From NCBI RefSeq assembly GCF_000015585.1, contig NC_008789.1, forward strand, positions 1,260,001-1,292,000: a DNA stretch of 32,000 bases, read 5' to 3'. Below are positions 7,399-15,644 of the stretch, piece after piece. The stretch comes from Halorhodospira halophila SL1. GTDB taxonomy: Bacteria > Pseudomonadota > Gammaproteobacteria > Nitrococcales > Halorhodospiraceae. Made by a program: the position numbers and the translations under genes. Position 1 is the stretch's first letter. Each line of letters opens with the position of its first letter. Below the pieces are notes generated by a model that was not told where the DNA came from, searched no databases, and saw nothing but the letters and a program-made list of their open reading frames with translations.

Positions 7399-7626
7399 TT
7401 ACGAGTGTTTGATCCGGATGCCGAGCACGGCCAGGAACTGAGCGATCCACTGCGGATGCGCAGGCCAGGCCGGTGCGGTGACCTGCTTGCCGCTGGTGGT
7501 CGCGTCGGCAACCGAGATATCGACGTAGGTGCCACCGGCCATCCTCACCTCCAGATCACAGGCCGGGTGCGCACTGCATGGGCGCCCTTCGATCATGTGT
7601 TCCCGGCCATCGTTACTAGCCTCCAT
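7399..7626 (-). CDS. Hypothetical small protein (75 aa, or 65 aa from an internal Met).
   Basis: This ORF lies just upstream of, and on the same strand as, 7025..7336 with a 62-nt gap. The translation is MEASNDGREHMIEGRPCSAHPACDLEVRMAGGTYVDISVADATTSGKQVTAPAWPAHPQWIAQFLAVLGIRIKHS. No family was recognised. Confidence 0.4.
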   Translation of the reverse strand: MEASNDGREHMIEGRPCSAHPACDLEVRMAGGTYVDISVADATTSGKQVTAPAWPAHPQWIAQFLAVLGIRIKHS

Positions 7627-7652
7627 CCGGCCTTCTTCAACCCTTGAGGATC

Positions 7653-7686
7653 AGGCTAGCAAGGCCGTAGGAGTGGGCAACGAACC
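7653..7686. repeat. Direct repeat copy 1 (34 bp).
   Basis: AGGCTAGCAAGGCCGTAGGAGTGGGCAACGAACC matches 7980-8013 at 29 of 34 positions. Confidence 0.8.
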
Positions 7687-7979
7687 GCTGAAGACTCAGT
7701 AAACTGTGCGCCGATCGAGGTGGGTAGTGATGTGGGTAGTGGACGCATCGTTTCCCGCTTAGATGGTTCCAAAACAGACGCTTATACAATCCTTCTGGTG
7801 GAGTCCCCGGCCACCATCTCCTTCCCTCGCAACGTCCGCGGGCGTCCCGCACTCCTCCTAAAAGCCGCTCCATACGGATAGCTAGCGTCCACCTCGGCGC
7901 GGAGAGGTCGTTGAGCCGTTCGATAATCTCCGCCAGGGGTTTCCCCTGGGGGCATGGCGCTTGCCAGAGCCAACCTCAT

Positions 7980-8013
7980 AGGCTAGCAAAGTCGCCGGAG
8001 TGGGCGACGAACC
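7980..8013. repeat. Direct repeat copy 2 (34 bp).
   Basis: The sequence is AGGCTAGCAAAGTCGCCGGAGTGGGCGACGAACC. It contains the perfect hairpin GTCGCC-GGAGTG-GGCGAC at 7991-8008. Confidence 0.8.
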
Positions 8014-8152
8014 TGTGCCCACCCCCCATCTGGGTCCCGGCCTGGTCGGCCCCTGGGGCGCCGCCTGCCCCGAACGGGGCGCGTGCCGGCCCATTCCTCC
8101 TCATCAAGCCACCTCCTTGCCACCATCAGAAGCGGGGTGACCACTCTCCGCG

Positions 8153-8446
8153 CTACACGATCGCCAGCCGACGTGGACCGTCCGGAGGCGGGAACAGCTC
8201 GTCCAACTCGGCGCGCTGCGTTTCGGTGAGGGTCACGTCCAGCGCCGCGCGATTCTCGACCACCCGCTCGGCGCCGCCGTCGCCATACATCTCGGCAGTA
8301 TCGATGAGCGTCAGCCCCGAATCCAGACCCGTCCGCAGTGTTGCGACCTCCGAGTCGCACTCGGCGCGGCGCTCGCCCATATGCCACGTCCCCTGGCCGA
8401 GGGCCGGAACTCGCTCGCCGTCCGGCAATAGAACCTCGCGCTGCAT
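8153..8446 (-). pseudogene. Aldo/keto reductase remnant with a large in-frame internal deletion (97 aa left).
   Basis: The AKR N-terminus [13 protein letters not shown]...[20 protein letters not shown] is joined directly to the AKR C-terminal tail [25 protein letters not shown]. The central ~180 aa of a normal AKR barrel is missing. A GAGGAGG RBS precedes ATG 8446. Confidence 0.6.
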
Positions 8447-8608
8447 CGCCCCTCCTCGGGTCCCCCCCGCATGAGTCATCCACCCTCGATCATGCCTCCT
8501 GTGTCCGGCCCTGGCGACCGGACACGGCGTGCTGCCGGACGGCCCTGGCATCATGGGGTGGTGACTGGCGAGCATTCACCTGAGCATTCATCGGGAAGAT
8601 TCCGCGCC

Positions 8609-9133
8609 ATGACAGAACGGCAACGGCTATTCTTCGCCCTCTGGCCACCGGCGCACCTGCGCGAGCGCCTCACCGCGGTGCAGGGCGAACTCGGACGGAT
8701 CGGCCGGCCGGTCGCCGCGGAGCGGCTGCACCTGACCGTGGCCTTTCTCGGCAACAGCGATCCGGAGCGGGCCACCGAGGCGGCGGCGGCCGCGACCCGC
8801 GAGGCCCGCGGCTTTGTGCTCCGGCTCGACCGTTTCGGCCACTTCGTGCGGAGCGGCGTGGTGTGGATGGCGCCGACGGAGTACCCGAACGCGCTGGAGA
8901 CGCTGCACCGCCGGCTACGCCGCGAGCTGCGGCGCCGGGGACTGCGCACCGAGCGCCGCTCGCTGCACCCCCACGTAACCCTCTTTCGCAAGGCGACCCC
9001 GAGCGGTCCGCATCCTGCGGCTTCGCTGGAGTGGCCGGTGGACGAACTGACGCTCGTGGCTTCCGTCACGCGTGCGGAAGGGCCGGAGTATCACCGCGCC
9101 GGTGCCTGGCGGCTGCCCCTCGGCGAAGGCTAG
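8609..9133 (+). CDS. thpR: RNA 2',3'-cyclic phosphodiesterase (2H phosphoesterase, LigT/ThpR).
   Basis: Two HxT motifs are present (LHLTVAFLG and HPHVTLFR) in a protein of about 174 aa. The start was trimmed to ATG 8609 (MTERQRLFFALWPP). Confidence 0.85.
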   Translation: MTERQRLFFALWPPAHLRERLTAVQGELGRIGRPVAAERLHLTVAFLGNSDPERATEAAAAATREARGFVLRLDRFGHFVRSGVVWMAPTEYPNALETLHRRLRRELRRRGLRTERRSLHPHVTLFRKATPSGPHPAASLEWPVDELTLVASVTRAEGPEYHRAGAWRLPLGEG

Positions 9134-9367
9134 GCCGGTGTAGTCATCAGTGTGCCGCTGGTGATCGCTTCGGCGGCCGCCATATCGTCGAGGCGCCGAT
9201 GCTTCGCCCTTCCACACGCCCGGAAGGACGAGGGCGTCGCAGTCACGCGCGCACGGTCTCGGCGATCGTGCAGGCAAGGGTCCTTGAACATTGGTGCATG
9301 CCATTCCGTGAATATGTAGGATGATGTCCGGCCATCCCGCGTCAGTCACGCAAGAGGGCTAAGGACC

Positions 9368-9691
9368 ATGCAGAGGCATAGAAAGATCCTGAGGACGTGC
9401 ATCAGCCTGCTGGCAGGGACCACGCTCGGCCTGGCCCACGCCAGCGATGACGACACCATCTCCCGCGCGGAGCTGATTGCCAACAGCTGCTTCGCCTGCC
9501 ACGGAGAAGAGGGCCAGGGGGCCGGAAGCATGCCCCCCATCGCCGGCTGGGACCCCGAGATCATGGAGGACTTCATGAAGGGGTTCCGTGAGGGCAAGCG
9601 GAATCCATCGGTCATGGACCGGCACGCGACCGGTTATACCGATGAAGAGATCCGCGAAGTCGCCGAGTACCTCAGCGAACTGGAGGAGTGA
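9368..9691 (+). CDS. fccA: Monoheme cytochrome c subunit of flavocytochrome c sulfide dehydrogenase.
   Basis: It has a signal peptide and a CFACH heme-binding motif. It lies immediately upstream of, and overlaps, the flavoprotein subunit gene. Confidence 0.75.
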   Translation: MQRHRKILRTCISLLAGTTLGLAHASDDDTISRAELIANSCFACHGEEGQGAGSMPPIAGWDPEIMEDFMKGFREGKRNPSVMDRHATGYTDEEIREVAEYLSELEE

Positions 9692-9699
9692 GGGACACC

Positions 9700-11004
9700 A
9701 TGAGAGGATCCATTTCGCGCCGCAGTTTCCTGCAGCTGGGCGCCAGCAGCCTGGGCGTCGCTGCGCTCGGCCCGCTGGTCGGACCCTTGACGGCTCATGC
9801 CGGTCAGCAGCTCGACGCCCGGATCGTCGTGATCGGCGGCGGCTCCGCTGGAGCGACCGCAGCCAAATACTTGAAACATTACGCGCCCGGTCTGCGCGTC
9901 ACCCTCCTCGAGCCCAACGAGACCTACTACACCTGCTACGCCGGCAACTGGTACCTGGGCGGCTTCCGGGAACTTGAGACCCTTGGCCACGGCTACGGGA
10001 ACCTGCGTGACCGCCACGACGTCGAGGTCATCCACGACCGCGCGATGGCCATCGACCCGGGCAGCAAGGAGGTCGATACCCGCACGAACGGCAAGCTGAC
10101 CTACGACCGGCTCATCGTCGCCCCGGGTATCGAGTTCGCCTGGGACCGCGTGGAGGGCATGGGCCCGGAGGACACCGAGGCGATCCCCCACGCCTGGGAG
10201 GGGGGCCGGCCCTTCGAGGTACTCCGGCGCCAGCTCAAGGATCTCGAGGACGGCGGCACCGTGCTTGTCTGTCCACCTGAAGAGCCCTATCGCTGCCCAC
10301 CCGGCCCCTATGAGCGGATGGCGCTGATCGCCCACTACCTCAAGCAGGAGAAGCCGCGCGCCAAGATCCTCGGTCTCGATCCCAAGGAGACATTCTCCAA
10401 ACAGGACCTCTTCAAGCAGGGTTGGGAGGCACTGTATGGCGATATGATCGAATGGATTCCGGGCTCCCAGGGCGGCGCACCGGAGCGGATCTCCGTCAGC
10501 GACCGCAAGGTCTTCACGGACGGCGGCGCACAGGCCCATACCGGGGACGTCATCAACTTCATCCCACCCCAGCGGGCCGGTGCCATCGCGCAGGAGGCGG
10601 ATCTGGTCGACGACACCGGCTGGTGCCCCGTGAACCAGAAGACCTTCGAATCAACCCGCCACAGCGATATCTACATCATCGGTGACGCCGCTGTGGCAGG
10701 AGCGATGCCGAAATCCGCCCACGCGGCCAACAACCACGGCAAGCTGGTGGCTGCCACCATCGCCAGCGACCTACGCGGCGACAGCCTGCCCGACTTCCCG
10801 ACGGTCAACACCTGCTACAGCCTCGTTTCCCCGGAATGGGGCATCACCATCGCCGGGGTGTACGAACACCAGGAGGGCGAGATCACCGAGATTGAAGGGG
10901 CTGGCGGGCTCAGCCCTCTCGATGCCGATCGCGACCAGCGGGAGATCGAGGCCATGTATGCCCCCGGCTGGTACGAATCGATCACCGAGGATATCTTCGG
11001 CTAA
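9700..11004 (+). CDS. fccB: Flavocytochrome c sulfide dehydrogenase flavoprotein subunit.
   Basis: A Tat signal (SRRSFLQLG) is followed by the FAD fold VVIGGGSAGATAAKYL. Conserved cysteines occur in the contexts YYTCYAGN, YRCPPGPYER and NTCYS. An alternative GTG start at 9688 overlaps the fccA stop. Confidence 0.85.
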   Translation: MRGSISRRSFLQLGASSLGVAALGPLVGPLTAHAGQQLDARIVVIGGGSAGATAAKYLKHYAPGLRVTLLEPNETYYTCYAGNWYLGGFRELETLGHGYGNLRDRHDVEVIHDRAMAIDPGSKEVDTRTNGKLTYDRLIVAPGIEFAWDRVEGMGPEDTEAIPHAWEGGRPFEVLRRQLKDLEDGGTVLVCPPEEPYRCPPGPYERMALIAHYLKQEKPRAKILGLDPKETFSKQDLFKQGWEALYGDMIEWIPGSQGGAPERISVSDRKVFTDGGAQAHTGDVINFIPPQRAGAIAQEADLVDDTGWCPVNQKTFESTRHSDIYIIGDAAVAGAMPKSAHAANNHGKLVAATIASDLRGDSLPDFPTVNTCYSLVSPEWGITIAGVYEHQEGEITEIEGAGGLSPLDADRDQREIEAMYAPGWYESITEDIFG

Positions 11005-11011
11005 GCGCCCA

Positions 11012-11049
11012 GCCGGGCCCGGGCGAACAGGGTCCCGCCCGGGCCCGGC
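11012..11049. terminator. Perfect 14-bp-stem GC hairpin between convergent genes, a candidate bidirectional terminator.
   Basis: GCCGGGCCCGGGCG (11012-11025) pairs with CGCCCGGGCCCGGC (11036-11049) across a 10-nt loop. It lies between the fccB stop (11004) and the cytochrome b stop (11066). There is no clear U-tract. Confidence 0.55.
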
Positions 11050-11065
11050 GACCGGACACCCACCA

Positions 11066-11857
11066 TCATTCATCGCGGACCGAGGACTCCCCGGAGCGAT
11101 ACCGCTCCACGATCTCCTGATACCAAAGCGGGCGCTCGCGGCGCAGGAATTCCAGGCTGAGATAGCCTGAGCGCATCCCCTCCAGGGCCGGCCTGTGCTC
11201 CACGGTCGAGAAGTAGATATGGGCGACCAGCGCCATGAGGATCAGGTAGACCGCAGCGGCATGCAGCAGCACAGACGTGCGGTAGAGCGCGCCGTAGACG
11301 GAGCTGTCCGGGAAGCTGAGCAGCGATGGCGCCAGAAAGAGGTAGAGCCCACTGAGCGCTATGGCCACCGAGCCCAGAACGACCGTAGTGCCCAGCAGCC
11401 GCTGGGCGGCGTTGAGCTTGTAGGTGGGCGGGAGTTCGACCTGGCGGAACAAGCCGAGGAGACGCCCCAGGATCACGCCGGTGATCCACAGCGAACGGGT
11501 CAAATCGCGCGGCGTGACGACCAGGACCTCGTGCAGGAAAGGCACCACGTGGCTGCGCCAGCGCAGCGCCAGGTAAGTGAGGACACCGACGATCCATACC
11601 AGACCGACCGCGATGTGGACGTTGATCAGCAGCCGGTTGCCGCCAAACAGGCCCTGCATCAGCTCCGGCCAGAAGGCCGGCACCAGTCGCCAGCTATCGC
11701 CGGTACTCAGCCCAAGCCCGGTCAGGACCAGCACCAGCCAGCATCCGGCGTTAAACCAGTGCAGGGCGATGCCGCCCCGGTCCCGGATGCGAATCCGCTC
11801 CGGCAGCTCCTGCGAACCACTCCCCGCCTGCGTCTTAAGCTGTTCACTCATCGTCAC
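11066..11857 (-). CDS. Membrane b-type cytochrome subunit (FdnI/PhsC, Ni/Fe-hydrogenase cytochrome b-like) of the molybdoenzyme.
   Basis: Multiple TM helices carry conserved His residues (IALHWFNAG, INVHIAVGL, LLHAAAVYLILMALVAHIYFS). It overlaps the FeS subunit gene by 14 nt. Confidence 0.75.
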   Translation of the reverse strand: MTMSEQLKTQAGSGSQELPERIRIRDRGGIALHWFNAGCWLVLVLTGLGLSTGDSWRLVPAFWPELMQGLFGGNRLLINVHIAVGLVWIVGVLTYLALRWRSHVVPFLHEVLVVTPRDLTRSLWITGVILGRLLGLFRQVELPPTYKLNAAQRLLGTTVVLGSVAIALSGLYLFLAPSLLSFPDSSVYGALYRTSVLLHAAAVYLILMALVAHIYFSTVEHRPALEGMRSGYLSLEFLRRERPLWYQEIVERYRSGESSVRDE

Positions 11858-12623
11858 CCCCTCGCGGAGTCGCCTGCTTCTCGCCCGACGGCTCCTGCTC
11901 CGCGATCCCGCGCCGGCGGTCGAGGAATCGCTTGGCTCCGGCTACCGCGAACAGCGCCGCCATGCCACCGATCCCCAGCTTGGCCAACGGATTGACCAGG
12001 GACTCCGATGCCCGCTGCGTCCAATACGGGTCCGGGGGCTCCGGCAGCATCGCCTCGGGCACCTCCCGGTCACCGGTGCGATAATAGTGCCGTGGCTTGC
12101 AATCGACCTCGTCGGTGCTCAGCGTGAACCAGTCCCCATCTTCCTCAAGGCGCCGGGCCACCTCACTGTCCGGGTCCGCCGCATCGCCGAAGAGCAGGGC
12201 GTCCGTCGGACAACTGGCGACGCACGCCGGCTGCCGACCGGCGTCGATCAGCGGCTGGCAGAACGTGCACGAATCCACCACCCCGGTACGCGGATCGAGC
12301 CAGCGGGCCCCGTAGGGACACGCCGGCACGCAGAGCTCACACCCGGAGCACAGCGCCGGCTCAAGAAGGACCAGCCCATCCTGGCGTTTGAACACGGCAC
12401 CCGTGGGGCACGCGTCGATGCACGGCGCCTCATCACAGTGCTGGCATCGTCCCGGGAAGAAGTGCAGCTGCGGCTGCCCCTGCTCGGTGCGCGTCTCAGC
12501 GCTAGCCACCCAGTCCCGGCTATGGCCGAGCGGTACATCCCACTCCGCGCGGCAGGCCACGACGCACGCCTTGCAGTCGATGCAGCGTGTTGTATCGGCG
12601 AGCATGATGTAATCGCGGCTCAT
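11844..12623 (-). CDS. 4Fe-4S ferredoxin-type electron-transfer subunit with a C-terminal TM anchor (FdnH-like).
   Basis: Four cysteine clusters are present: CIDCKACVVAC, CQHCDEAPCIDACP, CSGCELCVPACP and CTFC...CVASCP. A C-terminal hydrophobic helix reads LAKLGIGGMAALFAVAGA. An ATGA overlap links it to the catalytic subunit gene. Confidence 0.85.
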   Translation of the reverse strand: MSRDYIMLADTTRCIDCKACVVACRAEWDVPLGHSRDWVASAETRTEQGQPQLHFFPGRCQHCDEAPCIDACPTGAVFKRQDGLVLLEPALCSGCELCVPACPYGARWLDPRTGVVDSCTFCQPLIDAGRQPACVASCPTDALLFGDAADPDSEVARRLEEDGDWFTLSTDEVDCKPRHYYRTGDREVPEAMLPEPPDPYWTQRASESLVNPLAKLGIGGMAALFAVAGAKRFLDRRRGIAEQEPSGEKQATPRGGDDE

Positions 12624-14872
12624 GAGACCCCCTCGGAAGGCTCAATACGGCGCACGTGGACCAGCCCGCGCAGCATGGCCGCGGCACCACTGGTCGGATC
12701 GATATCCGGACTGGCAAAGGTGGTTGCAGATCCACCGCGACCGTGGGCCACGGAGAGTCTTGGATCATCACGCCCGTAGCCGTGCGCGGTGTAGACGGCA
12801 TCGCGACGGATCCGTGCGGTGACCCGGGCGTGGAATACCTCCCGACACCCCCGGCTGTCGATCACCTCGACGGTATCTCCGTCGACAATGCCGCGCTCCG
12901 AGGCGGTCTCTTCATGGATCCAGAGCGGGTTCTCCTCCATGAACCCGGCCAGCCAGGGGTTGTTCTGGGTACGCGTATGCGTGTGGAAGCTGACACGTCC
13001 GAAGAGAAAGTGCAGCTCTCCGCCTCCGCGTTCGACCTCGCGACGGTAATCCAGGGCATCGTCCAGCCCGTGCTCCACGAGCCGCGACGGCACCAGCTCA
13101 ACCTTGCCGCTGGGGGTGTCGAACCGTGACGACGCCCCGTGCTCCCGGGGGAAGTTGTGGGCCGGATCCGCCTCCGTCGTGATCACGCCCTTCTCGGCGA
13201 GCGCCTCGAAGTCGTACCCGGCCTTCTCCAGGCGGTCCTCGATGAGCTCGCGCACGCTGCCGTGGGGGAAATAGTCCTCCAGGCCGAGTTGTGCAGCGAT
13301 ACCCTGGCAGATCCGCCAGGGGTCCCGGGTGTCGTGGAGCGCCTCCATCCCCGGCATGCGCACGGCGATCCAACCCCGGTATCCCCAGCCCTCTTGGAGG
13401 TCGTCGTAGCGCTCCAAGGCGCTGGGTTCCGGCAGGATGACATCGGCCAGACGGTTCGTCTCGTTGGGCTGGATATCGGTGGCAACGAACAGGTCCAGTT
13501 GATCGATCGCCCTCCGGACCACCCCCGGGAACCCGGTGTTCTTCATGGCATTGTTGCCGGCGGCGATCATCGCCTTGACCGGATACGGATCCTGCGCCGC
13601 CAGCGCCGACCAAAACGTGCTCGCCAACCCGAATTGCGGGTTGGCGAGCGGGTAGCGATCGGGGACACCGGTCCCATCGATCGGCTCCGCGGCCGATTCC
13701 GGGAATTCCGGCAGATCCGGCTCCGGGATCTCCAGACGCTGGGGCCGAAAGATCCCGCCGTGCCGATCCCAAACGCCGAACAGGCTGTTCAGCACGGCGA
13801 TCGCAACCCCCAGACCCACGTCATTGCGCGTGCGTGCCATCCGCCGCGGCGCATAGGCGAGAACCGCAGGCGCCGCCTCGGCCATCTCCCGGGCGATTCG
13901 CCGGATGTCCGCCGCGTCGATGTCGGTCTCCTCGGCGGCCCACTCGGGTGTATAGCCGGCCACCCGCTCCCGTAGCTCGTCGAGGCCGGTGCAGTAGTCC
14001 TCGACGAAGGCCGAATCGTAGAGCTCCTCCTCGATGACCGTATGGATGAGCGCAAGGACCAAGGCGTGGTCCGTCAGCGGCCGGATCGGGAGCCATTCGT
14101 GGGAGCGATCAGCCGTGATGGTGTGACGCGGATCGACGTAGACGCTCTTGGCGCCATCGGCGAGCGCCCGCATCCAGTCACGGACCTCGCCGTTCAGGAA
14201 CGACTCGGCCAGATTGCGTCCGAAGATGAGGAAGTAGCGGGTACGGCGCACGTCCAGCGTCTCAATGCCCGTCAGCGGACGGCCCGCCACCAGTTCGTAG
14301 GAGAGCATTCGCGGACCGAGGCACATGGCCCAGACCGAATCGATGAAGTTGGGCGTGCCGAGCGCCTGAGCCAGACGGTGATAGGGCTTTTTCCAGTAGC
14401 TGTGCGCGAGAACGGAAATCCCCTGTGGGCCGTGCTCATCGCGAACCGCACGCAAGCGTTCGCCGATCAAGTCCAGCGCCTCGTCCCAGCTCACCGGCCG
14501 CCAGCGGTCGCTGCCGCGCGGCCCGTCGCGCAGCAGCGGCTGCTTGATCCGATCCTGGTTGTAGACATCCATGACCCCGGCATGCCCGCGGGAGCACAGC
14601 AACCCCTCGTTCTGGGGGTGATCAGGATTGCCCTCCAGACGCGCGATCCGGCCGTTGTCATCGCGGCGGACGATGACACCGCAGCGCCAGGGGCAAAGAT
14701 TGCACCAGCTGAAGACGTGGTCCTCCATCGCTCGCGCAGGTTCCGCACTACGCGGTACCCGGGGATGGGCCTGCGCACTCTCCGGGACCCCGACCGCAGT
14801 GGCCGCCCCAGCCGCCAGACTCCCCTGAAGCAGGGCTCGCCGACGGGGATCGAAAGCTCGCCACTTCCGCAC
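12620..14872 (-). CDS. Tat-exported molybdopterin (DMSO reductase family) oxidoreductase catalytic subunit, PhsA/PsrA-sized (750 aa); substrate unknown.
   Basis: It has a Tat motif (DPRRRALLQGSLAAGAATA) and an N-terminal FeS motif (WCNLCPWRCGV...LCSRG). Its length and operon context with FeS and cytochrome b subunits fit this family. Confidence 0.85.
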   Translation of the reverse strand: MRKWRAFDPRRRALLQGSLAAGAATAVGVPESAQAHPRVPRSAEPARAMEDHVFSWCNLCPWRCGVIVRRDDNGRIARLEGNPDHPQNEGLLCSRGHAGVMDVYNQDRIKQPLLRDGPRGSDRWRPVSWDEALDLIGERLRAVRDEHGPQGISVLAHSYWKKPYHRLAQALGTPNFIDSVWAMCLGPRMLSYELVAGRPLTGIETLDVRRTRYFLIFGRNLAESFLNGEVRDWMRALADGAKSVYVDPRHTITADRSHEWLPIRPLTDHALVLALIHTVIEEELYDSAFVEDYCTGLDELRERVAGYTPEWAAEETDIDAADIRRIAREMAEAAPAVLAYAPRRMARTRNDVGLGVAIAVLNSLFGVWDRHGGIFRPQRLEIPEPDLPEFPESAAEPIDGTGVPDRYPLANPQFGLASTFWSALAAQDPYPVKAMIAAGNNAMKNTGFPGVVRRAIDQLDLFVATDIQPNETNRLADVILPEPSALERYDDLQEGWGYRGWIAVRMPGMEALHDTRDPWRICQGIAAQLGLEDYFPHGSVRELIEDRLEKAGYDFEALAEKGVITTEADPAHNFPREHGASSRFDTPSGKVELVPSRLVEHGLDDALDYRREVERGGGELHFLFGRVSFHTHTRTQNNPWLAGFMEENPLWIHEETASERGIVDGDTVEVIDSRGCREVFHARVTARIRRDAVYTAHGYGRDDPRLSVAHGRGGSATTFASPDIDPTSGAAAMLRGLVHVRRIEPSEGVS

Positions 14873-15093
14873 GGCAACTCTCCTCTGACCAACACGCGCT
14901 TGAGCGAGGCAGTCTGCCGCACTTCCCCAGACGGGTGCAATCTAATGAATATGATCAATTCTTTGCCGCCGAGGGAGGCGGAGACAGCGCGAGGGATCAT
15001 TGCCGAAGAGAGTGAGCGGCGTTTCCCCGACCCGCCTGGAGGGTGAGAGGCAGGCGTTTGCTTGTTCGGTCGCAGCAGGGTCGTACCGACCGG

Positions 15094-15642
15094 CTACCAC
15101 ATCAGATCGTCGGGGACCTCATAACCGGCATAGGGGTCCTCATCGTCCGGACCCTGGGCGGAGGCCGCAGGATCGTTACAGACCACCACCCGCGCAGGGT
15201 CGCGTTCAGCGATCTTGTCGGCCCCCTCGCGGCTCACCAGCTCGTAGCTCCCCTCCTGGCAGACGATGGCCAGACGCCCCTGAGCCAAGCGATCGCGCTG
15301 GTCGGGGGTCACGAGCAGCTGGCGGATGACGCTGCCGTGCTGGAAGTTGTAGGGCAGCTCGGCTCCGTCGCGCCCCTGGCGGTGGGTCTCGATGAGCTGA
15401 CGGATCTGGGCCTCCACGGCCTTGCGCTCGGCCTCGGCCTGCCGCTGCCGGTTGAGCGCCCGGGAACGTTCCGCCTCCTCACGGCGGGCCCGCTCGGCCG
15501 CGCTGGGCTCGGCAGGCTGCTCGGCGGCGGCCTTGCCCTTCTTCTTCTTGTTCTTCTTGGGCGTGGCCCGCCGGGCCTGCTTGACCTTCTTCTCATCCAC
15601 CAGCCCCGCCTTGAGGAGCTGGTCATGCAACGAGTTCGCCAT
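15094..15642 (-). CDS. DUF2058 (YaiL-like) protein.
   Basis: The translation is MANSLHDQLLKAGLVDEKKVKQARR...KKNKKKKGK..., ending in an acidic C-terminus. A GGGAG RBS is present. The 476-aa track ORF is an artefactual upstream extension. Confidence 0.8.
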   Translation of the reverse strand: MANSLHDQLLKAGLVDEKKVKQARRATPKKNKKKKGKAAAEQPAEPSAAERARREEAERSRALNRQRQAEAERKAVEAQIRQLIETHRQGRDGAELPYNFQHGSVIRQLLVTPDQRDRLAQGRLAIVCQEGSYELVSREGADKIAERDPARVVVCNDPAASAQGPDDEDPYAGYEVPDDLMW

Positions 15643-15644
15643 CT

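Larger units (their letters stand above)
1..8100. mobile_element. Putative genomic island or decayed P4/PICI-like integrative element. Borders are undefined and it may continue left of the window.
   Basis: It contains an alpA-family gene plus a large P-loop replication-type gene, iteron-like repeats, a type I R-M gene, pseudogenes and orphan small ORFs. 3050-6300 is clearly lower in GC than the flanking core. No integrase, tRNA or att site was identified, so extent and mobility are inferred. Confidence 0.45.

Noticed and set aside
9634-10539. The 301-aa minus-strand ORF, plus similar long ORFs at 28178..29725(-), 14042..15046(+), 13139..13975(+), 16909..17787(-), 22314..23039(-), 21361..22044(+), 19854..20609(+), 11577..12779(+) and 25355..26185(+).
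   Set aside because: All are antisense or off-frame shadows of confidently identified genes (fccB, pepP, the molybdoenzyme, the ABC1 kinase, ilvA, rpiA, menA, the FeS subunit and the Bax-like gene). They show the Arg/Gly/Pro/Ala bias typical of non-coding frames in high-GC DNA.
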